Of a DNA stretch of 64,000 nt, positions 9,378 to 18,935 are shown in pieces. The position numbers were made by a program, and so were the translations under genes. How positions within the stretch are numbered: position 1 is the stretch's first letter; the number at the start of each line of letters is the position of its first letter. Below the pieces are notes generated by a model, which had not been told where the DNA came from, ran no database searches, and worked only from the letters and a program-made list of their open reading frames with translations. Location: sequence record NC_049383.1; one strand, given 5' to 3'.

Positions 9378-10227
9378 TCGTCTCAGGTTCTATAACTTTA
9401 ACTTCTATTTTACTACCAGTTTCATCAATTTCTTCCTTATCTTCTAACTCATCTTCATTAACTGTTGTATTTATTTGTTTATCACCTTGACCATCTGAAA
9501 TATAATAAGGAACTTCTTCACTCTTATTCATTATAGCAGGTAAAACTTTAGTTCTTTCTTTACCATCAGCAGTTGTTGTCTTAATGTTTAAATTCATCAT
9601 TTCACCATCCTTAATATATGAATCTAAATCATCAGTTTTAACCAAATCTTTTAAATCATCTTTACGTACAATATCAGAATCATTTAGAGCCTCATTTACA
9701 GCATCATTTACAGCATCATTTAAACCATCATTTAAACCATCATTTAAACCATCACCTATTTTAGATTTTAATGCTTTTGTGAAATCAAGTTCTCCTGCAT
9801 ATGCTTTAATTGTGAATGGAATCATGATTGCAAAAGGAATAGCTATTATCATACTAGACCAATTTACAGCATCAGTTCCCCAAACAGAAATAACATATTT
9901 ATTAGCCCAGTAATAAACGTTTGCGTATATTTCGAATGCAAAGAAAAGCCATACTAACTGTTTTACAACCTTTGAACCACCATTTGAAGCTCGGATTGTA
10001 AAGTAAAGTAATGCACCACTTAAACCGAATGCACCAATTGTCGTTTGAATTAGGTTCAACCAAAAGATATCAAATGATGATAATTGAAAAAATAAGAATC
10101 CATTATGGAAAGTTTGAGTGATTACACCTAATGTTGCTAAAATAAATGCTGTTCCAGTAGAACCGAATTTTTCAGCAAATTCAATGACCTTTAATAAAGG
10201 TACTTTGTTTGTCTGTTGTTTACTCAT
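9364..10227 (-). CDS. multi-pass membrane protein with acidic C-terminal tail (287 aa)
   Basis: About four hydrophobic segments in the first 145 aa; DGLN/DAVN repeats; acidic tail. Confidence 0.75.
   Translation of the reverse strand: MSKQQTNKVPLLKVIEFAEKFGSTGTAFILATLGVITQTFHNGFLFFQLSSFDIFWLNLIQTTIGAFGLSGALLYFTIRASNGGSKVVKQLVWLFFAFEIYANVYYWANKYVISVWGTDAVNWSSMIIAIPFAIMIPFTIKAYAGELDFTKALKSKIGDGLNDGLNDGLNDAVNDAVNEALNDSDIVRKDDLKDLVKTDDLDSYIKDGEMMNLNIKTTTADGKERTKVLPAIMNKSEEVPYYISDGQGDKQINTTVNEDELEDKEEIDETGSKIEVKVIEPETNEED
9680..9751. repeat. in-frame 12-bp tandem repeat, 6 units
   Basis: tcatttagagcc, tcatttacagca x2, tcatttaaacca x3; encodes GLNDGLNDGLNDAVNDAVNEALND. Confidence 0.9.
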
Positions 10228-10266
10228 GTTTGAAAAATGTTTAAAAAATGTTATGTAAAATTGATT

Positions 10267-11220
10267 TTAAGCGTATATAGAGTAATTTTTTTCCCAAGAT
10301 GGTATATAGATATCAACATTACTAGAAAAGTCTCTTAAAACGAATGGTAGAGCTTCTCGTAAAACATCATCTTTATCCATTAGGATTGTCATATTAGTAT
10401 CTTTTAACTTCCTTACAAGTCTATCACTCGATGAAAAAGAATCTTGAATCATCTGAATAGTATCTTCTAGTGAATAATCTAATACATTACTAAATATCAC
10501 TTGTTTATATTTATATATCTTTTTATCCTTAATTACATCATCAAATACTCTACTTGACCCATAAACAGGTGTAGGCATTATTAAAACTTTATGATTTGGG
10601 TTTTTAGACATATAATCTATTAAATCTTTATACTGAGGGCAAATCTTTTGTGATAGTATATCTGAATAAACTTTTTTAGTTAATTCATCCTCATGATGTA
10701 GATTTTCTTTAAACTCAGTAAAAGTCAATGCATTAGTCATACATTGGTCAACATCAGTTACTTTAAAATCTTCATCTGAATCAACAATATCATAAAAACT
10801 ATAATCATCACTTATTCTAGATTCTGATGTATAATCATCGGAATCATTGAATGCGTCCATAATAATCGAATCATTAGTTCCCATTTGCATTTCTTTAGTT
10901 TCGCGATATGTTGTACCATAGCATGAACTAAATCTAAATTCAACATTACCATCCAATAATTCGTTAGTAATCTCTTTTAGAATATCAACATCTGATGGTT
11001 TTGATTTAGCATCCATTACTAAAATAAAATCATCGAACATTGAACGACTATAATAGTATCTAAATAGTGACAATGCTCTAAAAACAGATGGGCATGATAA
11101 AATAGATGGTGTTTCATCTGAAAATTTATAATCCTTGTGTATTGCTATATAAGCAAATGTTTTTGTATTCATATAAAAATATTTTTTTGCAAATAACGTG
11201 ATTAATTTTTGATTATACAA
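10267..11220 (-). CDS. hypothetical protein (317 aa)
   Basis: ORF track; real start may be the second Met (MNTKTF). Confidence 0.75.
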   Translation of the reverse strand: MYNQKLITLFAKKYFYMNTKTFAYIAIHKDYKFSDETPSILSCPSVFRALSLFRYYYSRSMFDDFILVMDAKSKPSDVDILKEITNELLDGNVEFRFSSCYGTTYRETKEMQMGTNDSIIMDAFNDSDDYTSESRISDDYSFYDIVDSDEDFKVTDVDQCMTNALTFTEFKENLHHEDELTKKVYSDILSQKICPQYKDLIDYMSKNPNHKVLIMPTPVYGSSRVFDDVIKDKKIYKYKQVIFSNVLDYSLEDTIQMIQDSFSSSDRLVRKLKDTNMTILMDKDDVLREALPFVLRDFSSNVDIYIPSWEKNYSIYA

Positions 11221-11222
11221 AT

Positions 11223-11257
11223 AAAGTGACTAAATTTTAAAAATCTAGCCACTTTTT
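11223..11257 (-). terminator. intrinsic terminator
   Basis: Imperfect inverted repeat whose two mismatches become G.U pairs on the minus strand (aaagtggctag/ttagtcacttt). Confidence 0.55.
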
Positions 11258-11293
11258 GTAAAATTATAAACAATAATATAATCAACTTATTCT

Positions 11294-11986
11294 TTATACT
11301 ACTTGTTCCGCATCTGTTACTACAACTTCTTCTTCACCTTCATGCTTTTTTATCGGTGCATCAGCATCAACCAATCCCAACTCTAAAATATACTTTTTGA
11401 TTTTACCTTCAATCATGTTCGCGGCTTCTGCAATCATTTTCACCTTAACATCTAAATACCAAACTGACGCGTAAACAGATTTCATGTTTTCACGAATGAT
11501 TTTTAATTCTTTCGCTTCTTTTAATGTTTTGAAAGTTAATTTACTCCATAATTCAGATACTTTTCTAACTTGCTCTAAAGAAAGTGTAATAGCATCTTTT
11601 TCAGGGTCAACACCATCAAACATTTCAGAAATAGTAATGAAATTATCTAAATTCTCAACACCTTTAGAAAATGATTGGTAGTAACGAACATCTTCACATA
11701 AAACCTTTAATGCTTTTAACGGTAAACCTCTTAATAAAATCGGAATAGATTCTGTTGCAACCTTCTCAGAATTATATACCTTATATAATTCATTAATAAC
11801 ATTATCCTTTCCATGTTCTTTAATAAAATCAACACCTGCCATTGGTTCGAAAACCTCTCTTACTTCATCTTCAATATGTTGAATAAGTTCGTTCGCATAC
11901 TCTTGTGTTAATTCTCTTGTTACTTCAATTGCTCCTGTTTCTGCATTAATAACTGGCTCTAAAACAGCCTTTGCTTCTGTACTCAT
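11294..11986 (-). CDS. hypothetical helical protein (230 aa)
   Basis: ORF track; codon usage resembles the highly expressed genes. Confidence 0.8.
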   Translation of the reverse strand: MSTEAKAVLEPVINAETGAIEVTRELTQEYANELIQHIEDEVREVFEPMAGVDFIKEHGKDNVINELYKVYNSEKVATESIPILLRGLPLKALKVLCEDVRYYQSFSKGVENLDNFITISEMFDGVDPEKDAITLSLEQVRKVSELWSKLTFKTLKEAKELKIIRENMKSVYASVWYLDVKVKMIAEAANMIEGKIKKYILELGLVDADAPIKKHEGEEEVVVTDAEQVV

Positions 11987-12065
11987 AATTTAAAAATTTA
12001 ATAAGTTAATAATATAATTTGTTTTTACATATTAATATAACCATTGAAATTAATTTTTACCATAT

Positions 12066-12596
12066 TTAAAATACAAAAAACGACAAAATAAAATACAAAA
12101 ATAGCATACCTGTTGAAAATAAGATACTTACTATAAGTTCATTTAAAGATATTCTAAAAGAGCTTAACCAAGAAGGTATTAAATCAACAATATAAACCTT
12201 TGAACTTGGTTGAATAACTTTCAAACTTGTTTCTCTCGCTAATTCTCTAGCTAGACCTTCTTTAAGCATTTCATTAATACCTTGCATTATATAAACCCTT
12301 TGAGTTCCTGTAGATATATTAGTGACAGCACCTTCAACTAATTGAAAAGATTCTAAAATACCTGTTCTAATCTCATCACCTATAAATGGTATTTTGAAAG
12401 GTAATTTAATAGTATGGTCATAAAACCCATGTTCATACAATTCATTTGTTAAATCATCTGACGAGTTTATCAATCTAAAAATCTTTTTTCGTTGTCTTAA
12501 ATACCTACTAGATGCAAGTATAAAATTAAACAACGCTAACGGTAAAAACCAATATATAAAATATGTTTTCACCTTGTACCAAAATGTTTGCTTCAT
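12066..12596 (-). CDS. membrane protein with N- and C-terminal TM helices (176 aa)
   Basis: YFIYWFLPLALFNFILA and LIVSILFSTGMLFLYFILSFFVF hydrophobic segments. Confidence 0.75.
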   Translation of the reverse strand: MKQTFWYKVKTYFIYWFLPLALFNFILASSRYLRQRKKIFRLINSSDDLTNELYEHGFYDHTIKLPFKIPFIGDEIRTGILESFQLVEGAVTNISTGTQRVYIMQGINEMLKEGLARELARETSLKVIQPSSKVYIVDLIPSWLSSFRISLNELIVSILFSTGMLFLYFILSFFVF

Positions 12597-12609
12597 AATT
12601 TGTTAATTT

Positions 12610-13422
12610 TTATTCGTTTTGTAATTTCTTTTTTAAATTTTCAGGGAAATTATCACCAACAATTAACTCACCAACTGGTTTATTAATTTTTTCTAAATCA
12701 GTATATGAAATTACAGACTTAATAACATCACCTTTTTTTGTCATATTTACTGGAATACCTATACCACCCTCGTAAATACCATCACCACTTTCATCAACAT
12801 CACCACTTAAAGATGAGTTCAAATTAAATGATGGATATTGTAATTTAACATTCATCGCTAAAATAGAATTATGACTAGACATTTCTTCAAAATCCTCAAA
12901 ATTAGTAATCTCATTATATTCAGGGTCATGGTCTGTTGTTTCCATTACAATAGTTCCTTCCATATTCTTACCCATGTATTTGAAATTAAAAGGTTTGTTT
13001 TTATAAACACCGTTCATCATATATTCAACAAATGATAAATACTGAAAAATGTCAGTACCCAAAAATGTACCTTCCATCCTAATTTCACAAGGATAATGTT
13101 GTACTTCACCTGTGTACTCTTGTTCGAAACCATTATGCTTTAGTGTTATAGCACCTTGTGTTTCGTTTGTTTTTTCATCTTCATTTATCGAAACCCCCCT
13201 GAAATGTAAAACCAAAGCAGGAAGTATAATTTTTTCTGTCTTTGAAACTTCTTTAATCTCGTTAGAATGAACTTCCATATAAGCCCTATCACCTGAATTT
13301 TGAATATAAACTGGAAAATCTTGATGTTTGGATAAGTTTGAAACGAAACCGTAATTTTTAAATAATGTTTTCATTTCAGAAACCATAGCTATAATAGCTT
13401 TTTCAAAATATGTGTATTTCAT
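12610..13422 (-). CDS. T4 gp15-like tail terminator / sheath stabiliser
   Basis: YFEKAIIAMVSEMKTLF...LPALVLHFRGVSINE...YPCEIRMEG resembles the gp15 pattern (FGTLF...LPRMSF...PVPYNI); size matches. Confidence 0.55.
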   Translation of the reverse strand: MKYTYFEKAIIAMVSEMKTLFKNYGFVSNLSKHQDFPVYIQNSGDRAYMEVHSNEIKEVSKTEKIILPALVLHFRGVSINEDEKTNETQGAITLKHNGFEQEYTGEVQHYPCEIRMEGTFLGTDIFQYLSFVEYMMNGVYKNKPFNFKYMGKNMEGTIVMETTDHDPEYNEITNFEDFEEMSSHNSILAMNVKLQYPSFNLNSSLSGDVDESGDGIYEGGIGIPVNMTKKGDVIKSVISYTDLEKINKPVGELIVGDNFPENLKKKLQNE

Positions 13423-13445
13423 TGTTGTAATGTTTATTGTTTACT

Positions 13446-13865
13446 CTATTTATCCATAGAGTTTAAATCAATATCCATTCTCCTAGATAAATCATTCACT
13501 AATATGTTTCTATATTGTGAAATTAGCTTCTCGAAATAGTATTGTTCGCCAAAACCGAAATATGTTATAATTACATCGAATATTTCAACAGAATCAATCC
13601 TATTTGAAAAAGCACCATACAAATCACCAAAAATTTGATTTGCAACTAATGGGTTTTTTATCCTAATTTGTTCACTTCGTAAAGTCTCTATATAAGGTGA
13701 ATATCTATAGTCATTCTGTTGTAAATATTCGAATAAAAATGATGTATCACTTTTATCAGAAAAATCACCAACAGTATTACTAATCTCTATATGTGTTGAT
13801 TTATCAAAAGTTTCCGTTATATGTGATAAATCTATGCCATCATCAACTAATTGTTTATGTCTCAT
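13446..13865 (-). CDS. hypothetical protein, weakly gp33-like late transcription co-activator
   Basis: C-terminal SVEIFDVIITYF...EKLISQYRNILVNDL loosely resembles gp33; near the gp32-like gene; weak call. Confidence 0.3.
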   Translation of the reverse strand: MRHKQLVDDGIDLSHITETFDKSTHIEISNTVGDFSDKSDTSFLFEYLQQNDYRYSPYIETLRSEQIRIKNPLVANQIFGDLYGAFSNRIDSVEIFDVIITYFGFGEQYYFEKLISQYRNILVNDLSRRMDIDLNSMDK

Positions 13866-13921
13866 GAAAAAATGTCTTTTTAATTACTATATTAATATAA
13901 CAATTAAAAAGACATTTTACC

Positions 13922-15517
13922 TTATTCTTTTGGTCGCATACATCTTGGAATCTCATTCATGAAATCCGAACGACCTTTAATATCAATCTTCTTTTCTCTT
14001 ACTGGGAATTTTCGTTTTTCATAGATATGCTTCCTTTCAGTTAAGTGTTTAGCATAACTATTTATTCGACTACCACCCCAATTATGATTATGTTTCCTAA
14101 ATAAAACAGAGAAATCATTTACAATAGCTTTTAACTTCTTTGGATGTAATCTCAATACACGACCTATAGACTGTCTAACCCTAGTTACAGAAATAGTAGA
14201 ATCCACTAAATTAATACCACCTAATAACTTAATAGAAACACCAGTTGAAAGGATTTCATACATTGAATATAAATAACAACCTTCATTATTTTTCATGTAA
14301 TTAAGAATGTAATCGCGTTCTTTACGTTTCGTATCACCATGAATGATGAAAACCTTCTTATCAGAACCGATACTATCTAAATACTCCTGCATTTCCGAAG
14401 CCATCTTTTTAAGAAAATCCTTTGTATTAAATAATAATACTTGATTGTAATCACCTTGCGCAACAATCCTATTCACTAATTGACGATACATAGGGATTCC
14501 TTGGATATAGTTTGATTCAAATAAAAATCTCCCTTGCTCATTTTCGTTATCAGGATGCGTGTAAAAGTCTCTACATAAATTATAGTCACCAACAAATTGA
14601 AAAGAATTTATCTCACATGGTGTAATTGTACCTTTTTCTTTCAAGTCTTCAACATACAATTTAATCAAAATAGAACCCAAATATGCATTCTCTGTAACTG
14701 CTTTATACTCGTCATAATTAGACGAACCATTATCTTTTGTTTCGAAAGTACCACTTAATGAAATAATATTTTCACAATTACTACTTAATAACATAGCATT
14801 AAGAACCTTTTGGGTTGAATTATTTTGAACTTTGTGTGCCTCATCAACTATAATAGTTCCGAATTGATTAAACCAAGATAACGGTTTCTTAACAACAGTA
14901 TCAATATTTCCAACAACAACTGTAGAATTTTCATACTCTACACCACCACCCATAACCTCGTCACAAATTGTCAATTCATGCGCACTTGAATAATCTTTAA
15001 AATCTTGTGGTAACTGACGAACTAATTCTGTTCTAGGAACTAAAACTAAAACTTTTAAGTTTCTTTTAGCTTCTTCTTTTTGCCACCTTTCTAGTAAATA
15101 GCGACAGTATAAATAAATTATGAATGACTTACCTGCCGAGGTGTCTAAAAGTAGCCTACAATGTCTATAATTTATTGCAATTTTCAATGCATTAAATTGA
15201 TAGTCATATGGTAAGAAATTCAAATCATCTTTTGATTGTAACCATTCAGTCAACTCATCTGTTTTAACTGTATTTTTAAGGTATTCTCCTATGTTGGTTA
15301 TCTCTACATTATACCCCATCTTTTTAAGACCCAAAACAGATATATAGAACCCTGCGGGTATTAAGTTACCATTGTGAAGAAATTTACAATATTCATCTGA
15401 TTTCTTTTCATATGAATATCGTTTTCCTGTTGTCATTGTTGATAGTTGGTCATATTCTAAAGATGTTGCTTTTATAATTTTTAGAAACTTAAAGTTTCGA
15501 ACAAATTTTAATTTCAT
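13922..15517 (-). CDS. uvsW: UvsW-like SF2 DNA helicase
   Basis: PYDYQ Q-motif, Walker A TSAGKS, Walker B IVDEAH, motif VI QSIGRVLR; 531 aa. Confidence 0.9.
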   Translation of the reverse strand: MKLKFVRNFKFLKIIKATSLEYDQLSTMTTGKRYSYEKKSDEYCKFLHNGNLIPAGFYISVLGLKKMGYNVEITNIGEYLKNTVKTDELTEWLQSKDDLNFLPYDYQFNALKIAINYRHCRLLLDTSAGKSFIIYLYCRYLLERWQKEEAKRNLKVLVLVPRTELVRQLPQDFKDYSSAHELTICDEVMGGGVEYENSTVVVGNIDTVVKKPLSWFNQFGTIIVDEAHKVQNNSTQKVLNAMLLSSNCENIISLSGTFETKDNGSSNYDEYKAVTENAYLGSILIKLYVEDLKEKGTITPCEINSFQFVGDYNLCRDFYTHPDNENEQGRFLFESNYIQGIPMYRQLVNRIVAQGDYNQVLLFNTKDFLKKMASEMQEYLDSIGSDKKVFIIHGDTKRKERDYILNYMKNNEGCYLYSMYEILSTGVSIKLLGGINLVDSTISVTRVRQSIGRVLRLHPKKLKAIVNDFSVLFRKHNHNWGGSRINSYAKHLTERKHIYEKRKFPVREKKIDIKGRSDFMNEIPRCMRPKE

Positions 15518-15533
15518 ATAATAGACCGTTTAT

Positions 15534-15569
15534 AAAAGAAGCTCGCTTAAATATAAGCGAGCTTCTTTT
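15534..15569. terminator. intrinsic terminator
   Basis: aaaagaagctcgctta-aata-taagcgagcttctttt, 16-bp stem downstream of the SSB gene. Confidence 0.85.
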
Positions 15570-15590
15570 TAATTTCAAAAATGTCATTTT

Positions 15591-16739
15591 TTATTGTGCA
15601 TCCATAGCTTGCTCAACAATACTATCTAATTCGGTTTCATTAACCGTTTCACCAGTTGTTTCACCTGCTTGTGTATCACCACTTTCAGAACCTTCTGCAC
15701 CTTCCGCACCTTCATCTGTGGCAACATCACCTGAAATAGTCATTGGTTCACCCGCCTTGAACTTATTAACTAATAAAGTCACGTTTTTAACTTTATCTTC
15801 ACTTGGCTCATTGTAACCATAATCAGCGTGTTTTGGAGTATCTTCGTGACCTAAGTACTTTAATACTCTCTGTAACTTAGCTAATAATGATGGAACACCT
15901 TGGAAGTTCTTTTGAGCGTATGCAGTTCTTTCTTCTGCCGTTAATTCGATTTTTTCATAATCATAAACTTCTTGCTCTTTTTCACCAATAGTTATCTTCT
16001 TTGTAATATAGTTTCCTTCTGCATCTTCTTTTGGTGCAAAGAATACCATATACCCTACAGACTTTGTGAATTTAGAATCTTTAAAGTCGCGACCAGTTAC
16101 TGTAGAACCGTCAGGTTTTGGAATTTGCTTAACTCCTGCAACTAAACGTAATGCTTGACCTTCGAAAATGTCATAAACATTGTTAGCAACTACTCCATCC
16201 TCTTCAATCTCTTCTTTTGTTGGTTCGATTGTTTTCTTGATTAAATCTTCAACCTCTTCAACAATTCTTAAAGGCATGATTTGTCCTTCTAACTCAGGTC
16301 TAGAATCAAATTTGATAACTTGAACTAAAACAACTCTTGGTTTTTTGAATTGGAAGTGCTTTCTGAATCGCTCTTCATCAACCTTGTTACCTTTACAATC
16401 TTTCCATAAATCAGCTACAATACAAGTGTTATCATTCCATCCAAAAGACTTCAATGAATCAAACATAAAGTTTCTGTTTGAACACTCTGTAACGATTTTA
16501 TAAGATACTTTTGATAAGATGTTTTTAGCTTTAGCATCAGGATTCTTAATTAATTTAACATAACAAGAATCTTTATTATCTGCTCTACCTTGTGGGTTTA
16601 ACTCTAAGTAAGGTGTGAAATTTTTAGACTCATATTCATCTTCTTGTAAAGTTTCTGCAATTTCAGAAGCAGTTGTTCCGAACATTGATAAGTCAAATAA
16701 GTTTTCTTCTACTACTGGGTTTGTGTTTTCTGTACTCAT
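15591..16739 (-). CDS. gp32-like single-stranded DNA-binding protein
   Basis: VLVQVIKFDSRPELEGQIMPLR...NNVYDIFEGQALRL parallels the gp32 core (NILVIKDP.NPENEGKV...NPFD..EGANF); acidic C-terminal tail; next to uvsW. Confidence 0.75.
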   Translation of the reverse strand: MSTENTNPVVEENLFDLSMFGTTASEIAETLQEDEYESKNFTPYLELNPQGRADNKDSCYVKLIKNPDAKAKNILSKVSYKIVTECSNRNFMFDSLKSFGWNDNTCIVADLWKDCKGNKVDEERFRKHFQFKKPRVVLVQVIKFDSRPELEGQIMPLRIVEEVEDLIKKTIEPTKEEIEEDGVVANNVYDIFEGQALRLVAGVKQIPKPDGSTVTGRDFKDSKFTKSVGYMVFFAPKEDAEGNYITKKITIGEKEQEVYDYEKIELTAEERTAYAQKNFQGVPSLLAKLQRVLKYLGHEDTPKHADYGYNEPSEDKVKNVTLLVNKFKAGEPMTISGDVATDEGAEGAEGSESGDTQAGETTGETVNETELDSIVEQAMDAQ

Positions 16740-16976
16740 AAAAAATTAATTTAAAAATGTTATTAAAAATGTTTGTTAAAAAATATAAAAAATGTTTGTT
16801 TGATAAGACTTTTCAAGCCTCTTATTATATATAGTTTCACGATTAAAAAATTTGTGAACCTGTTTTTATGTGTTTCAGACTAATCATCGCATCAAACATA
16901 ACTTATTTATTGTTTCGGTTGTAAAGGTAATACTTTTTTCTAGTTTACCAAAATTATTTTTTGTAAAAATTACAAT

Positions 16977-17459
16977 TTATTCACAACAATCTACACATAC
17001 CGAATCATCACCATCCTCTGCTTGTTCTGATATTTCACACCACCAACCACATTCAGCACAATTGAAAATTTCATTATCAATTTTACCCAATTCATCAATG
17101 TTTAATTCAAAACAGTCTATATGTTGAGTTTCACAAGCTTCATCCAAACTCTTACAAGTGCCTTGTAACTCATCAACTAATGTTGTTAAACAAAGATATG
17201 GTTTCCATGTTTCAACATTTTCTGATGGTAAATTATCACCAGTTCCCTCAACACCATGCTCAACAGAATCATCATTTATGTTAGGTATTAATTTGAAAAC
17301 ATCTTCTGTGATGTTATATGTTGCATAGTGCTTATTACCATCTTTAGTTTTAATTTCTACTATGGATGAGTAAACATTGTCTTTTCCTGAAAATAATTCA
17401 AAGTTTGATTCCTCTATAGGATATTCACCATTTTGGTCAAATTTACGCTCTTTAATCAT
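16977..17459 (-). CDS. hypothetical protein with C-terminal Cys-rich zinc ribbon (160 aa)
   Basis: FNCAECGWWC...VCVDCCE at the C-terminus. Confidence 0.75.
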   Translation of the reverse strand: MIKERKFDQNGEYPIEESNFELFSGKDNVYSSIVEIKTKDGNKHYATYNITEDVFKLIPNINDDSVEHGVEGTGDNLPSENVETWKPYLCLTTLVDELQGTCKSLDEACETQHIDCFELNIDELGKIDNEIFNCAECGWWCEISEQAEDGDDSVCVDCCE

Positions 17460-17479
17460 ATCTATATGTTTTTATGTTG

Positions 17480-17509
17480 CAAATATAAAACAATTATTTG
17501 ATTTTACAA
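17480..17509 (-). promoter_or_regulatory. Bacteroidota sigma-A type promoter
   Basis: Minus strand TTG (17507-17509), 19-nt spacer, TATATTTG (17480-17487); 20 nt upstream of ATG 17459. Confidence 0.75.
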
Positions 17510-17558
17510 GTTTTTAATTACAATTTCTATAAGAATTTTTTAAACCTCTCTCCGCGCT

Positions 17559-17712
17559 TTTATTTATGTTATTTGTATTTATAATATATAAAAGAAAATG
17601 CACCTAGGTACATTTTTACTGATTTTCTTTAAATAAAAAATTCGTTTTATTGAGAATATGATAAAGAAATTGTTAAAATATTGTCGCTACAGCAAGGTTT
17701 GTATATGTCGTA
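17559..17712. repeat. dispersed intergenic repeat, copy 1 (154 bp)
   Basis: Gapless match to 56984-57137 with 18 mismatches by manual alignment (2 in the first 72 bp); contains TATTTATA and the near-palindrome aaaatgcacctaggtacatttt. Confidence 0.95.
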
Positions 17713-18028
17713 AATTTTTCGGGTGTAAATGTTTAAAATTAAACAAATTTTAGAAATTTGTTAAATTCTTATAAAACGTTGTAAATCATTTACTTAAAAG
17801 TGTAATTGAAAATGTTAAAAAATTGGTCATGTTAAATATTTTACGTATGTGATTTTTAACAATTTTAACAAAATTTTAACATTTTATTTTTGTGCTAAAA
17901 TAAAAAGTGTCGAAAAATAAAAATCCGTTTTAAGGGATTAAAAATAATATTATATACTAAATATATAAAAATATATTAAAGTGTCTTAAAACGGCTAAAA
18001 TAGCTTTAAATTTTATTATATGGTAAAA

Positions 18029-18052
18029 TAAAAGCCTCGTAAAACGAGGCTT
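18029..18052 (-). terminator. intrinsic terminator
   Basis: aagcctcgt-aaa-acgaggctt with a U-tract on the minus strand, downstream of 18075..18464. Confidence 0.75.
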
Positions 18053-18074
18053 AAACAAATTATTATGAAGCAAA

Positions 18075-18464
18075 TTAGATATGTTTATTTTTTTCCTTAA
18101 AAAGTTTATAAACATTATCTAAATATTCTATAGTTAACTTTTCTTTCTTAACCAATCTATTGGCTACGAATAAAGCCATGATTCTAGTTGAGTAAGTAAA
18201 AATACTTGAATCCATCATTCTAAGTTTACAATAAATTGCTATAACTTCTTCTAAAGGAGTCCAATAGTAAATTCTTACTTGATGATAAGGTAACTTTAAA
18301 AAGTCTATAATATCACTATACCAATCAAATTTCTTGTATAGTGGTCTTTGCGCTTGGTATAATCCGAATACCAAAATAGCTATGAAAGCTAATTTACCTA
18401 AAATTACATACATTGTGTATGGTAGGTAATCTAATATATTGTTAATTAAGTTAATTATTTCCAT
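18075..18464 (-). CDS. hypothetical protein with N-terminal hydrophobic helix (129 aa)
   Basis: MYVILGKLAFIAILVFGLY segment. Confidence 0.7.
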   Translation of the reverse strand: MEIINLINNILDYLPYTMYVILGKLAFIAILVFGLYQAQRPLYKKFDWYSDIIDFLKLPYHQVRIYYWTPLEEVIAIYCKLRMMDSSIFTYSTRIMALFVANRLVKKEKLTIEYLDNVYKLFKEKNKHI

Positions 18465-18934
18465 TCAAAATCTATATTAAAAAATTCATCTTCATTTTCG
18501 TTTATATCAGCGTTATGAGTTCCTTTCATTTTATTAAGAATCTCAATCATTTTTCTACATGGTAGGTTTGTTCTATAAACCTTAACCTCATGGTCGGGAT
18601 TTGATAAAAGAACTGATAAAACACCATGTGTTCCATCAGCAATTCCATAATCTTTTGAAACTAAATATGTTCTATCTAATCCAATTCCTTTTTTAGCCAT
18701 CTTTTTAACCTTTTCCATGTTAACTTCACATTGAATAGGTTTAAGTTTACTTACAGGAACTTTCATTTCCTTAATCTTATATTTCCTAGCAAAATGCATT
18801 AGGAACTGTGGGAAATTTTCTTTAGGTAATTGGGGCATTTTTATACGCTTAATACCTTGACCTTTTTTAAGCCAATCATCAACGTTGAAATCTCCAACTT
18901 TGAGTGCTTCTGTTAAATATTGTATTACATCCAT
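18455..18934 (-). CDS. ParB/Sulfiredoxin-like domain protein
   Basis: VPVSKLKPIQ...YLVSKDYGIADGTHG...VKVY follows the ParB N-terminal fold pattern with a degenerate DGHHR motif. Confidence 0.6.
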   Translation of the reverse strand: MDVIQYLTEALKVGDFNVDDWLKKGQGIKRIKMPQLPKENFPQFLMHFARKYKIKEMKVPVSKLKPIQCEVNMEKVKKMAKKGIGLDRTYLVSKDYGIADGTHGVLSVLLSNPDHEVKVYRTNLPCRKMIEILNKMKGTHNADINENEDEFFNIDFEWK

Positions 18935-18935
18935 T

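Noticed and set aside
17460-18074. tRNA genes in the large intergenic gaps
   Set aside because: No cloverleaf, TTC-GA T-loop or GC-rich acceptor stems; the gaps are extremely AT-rich.
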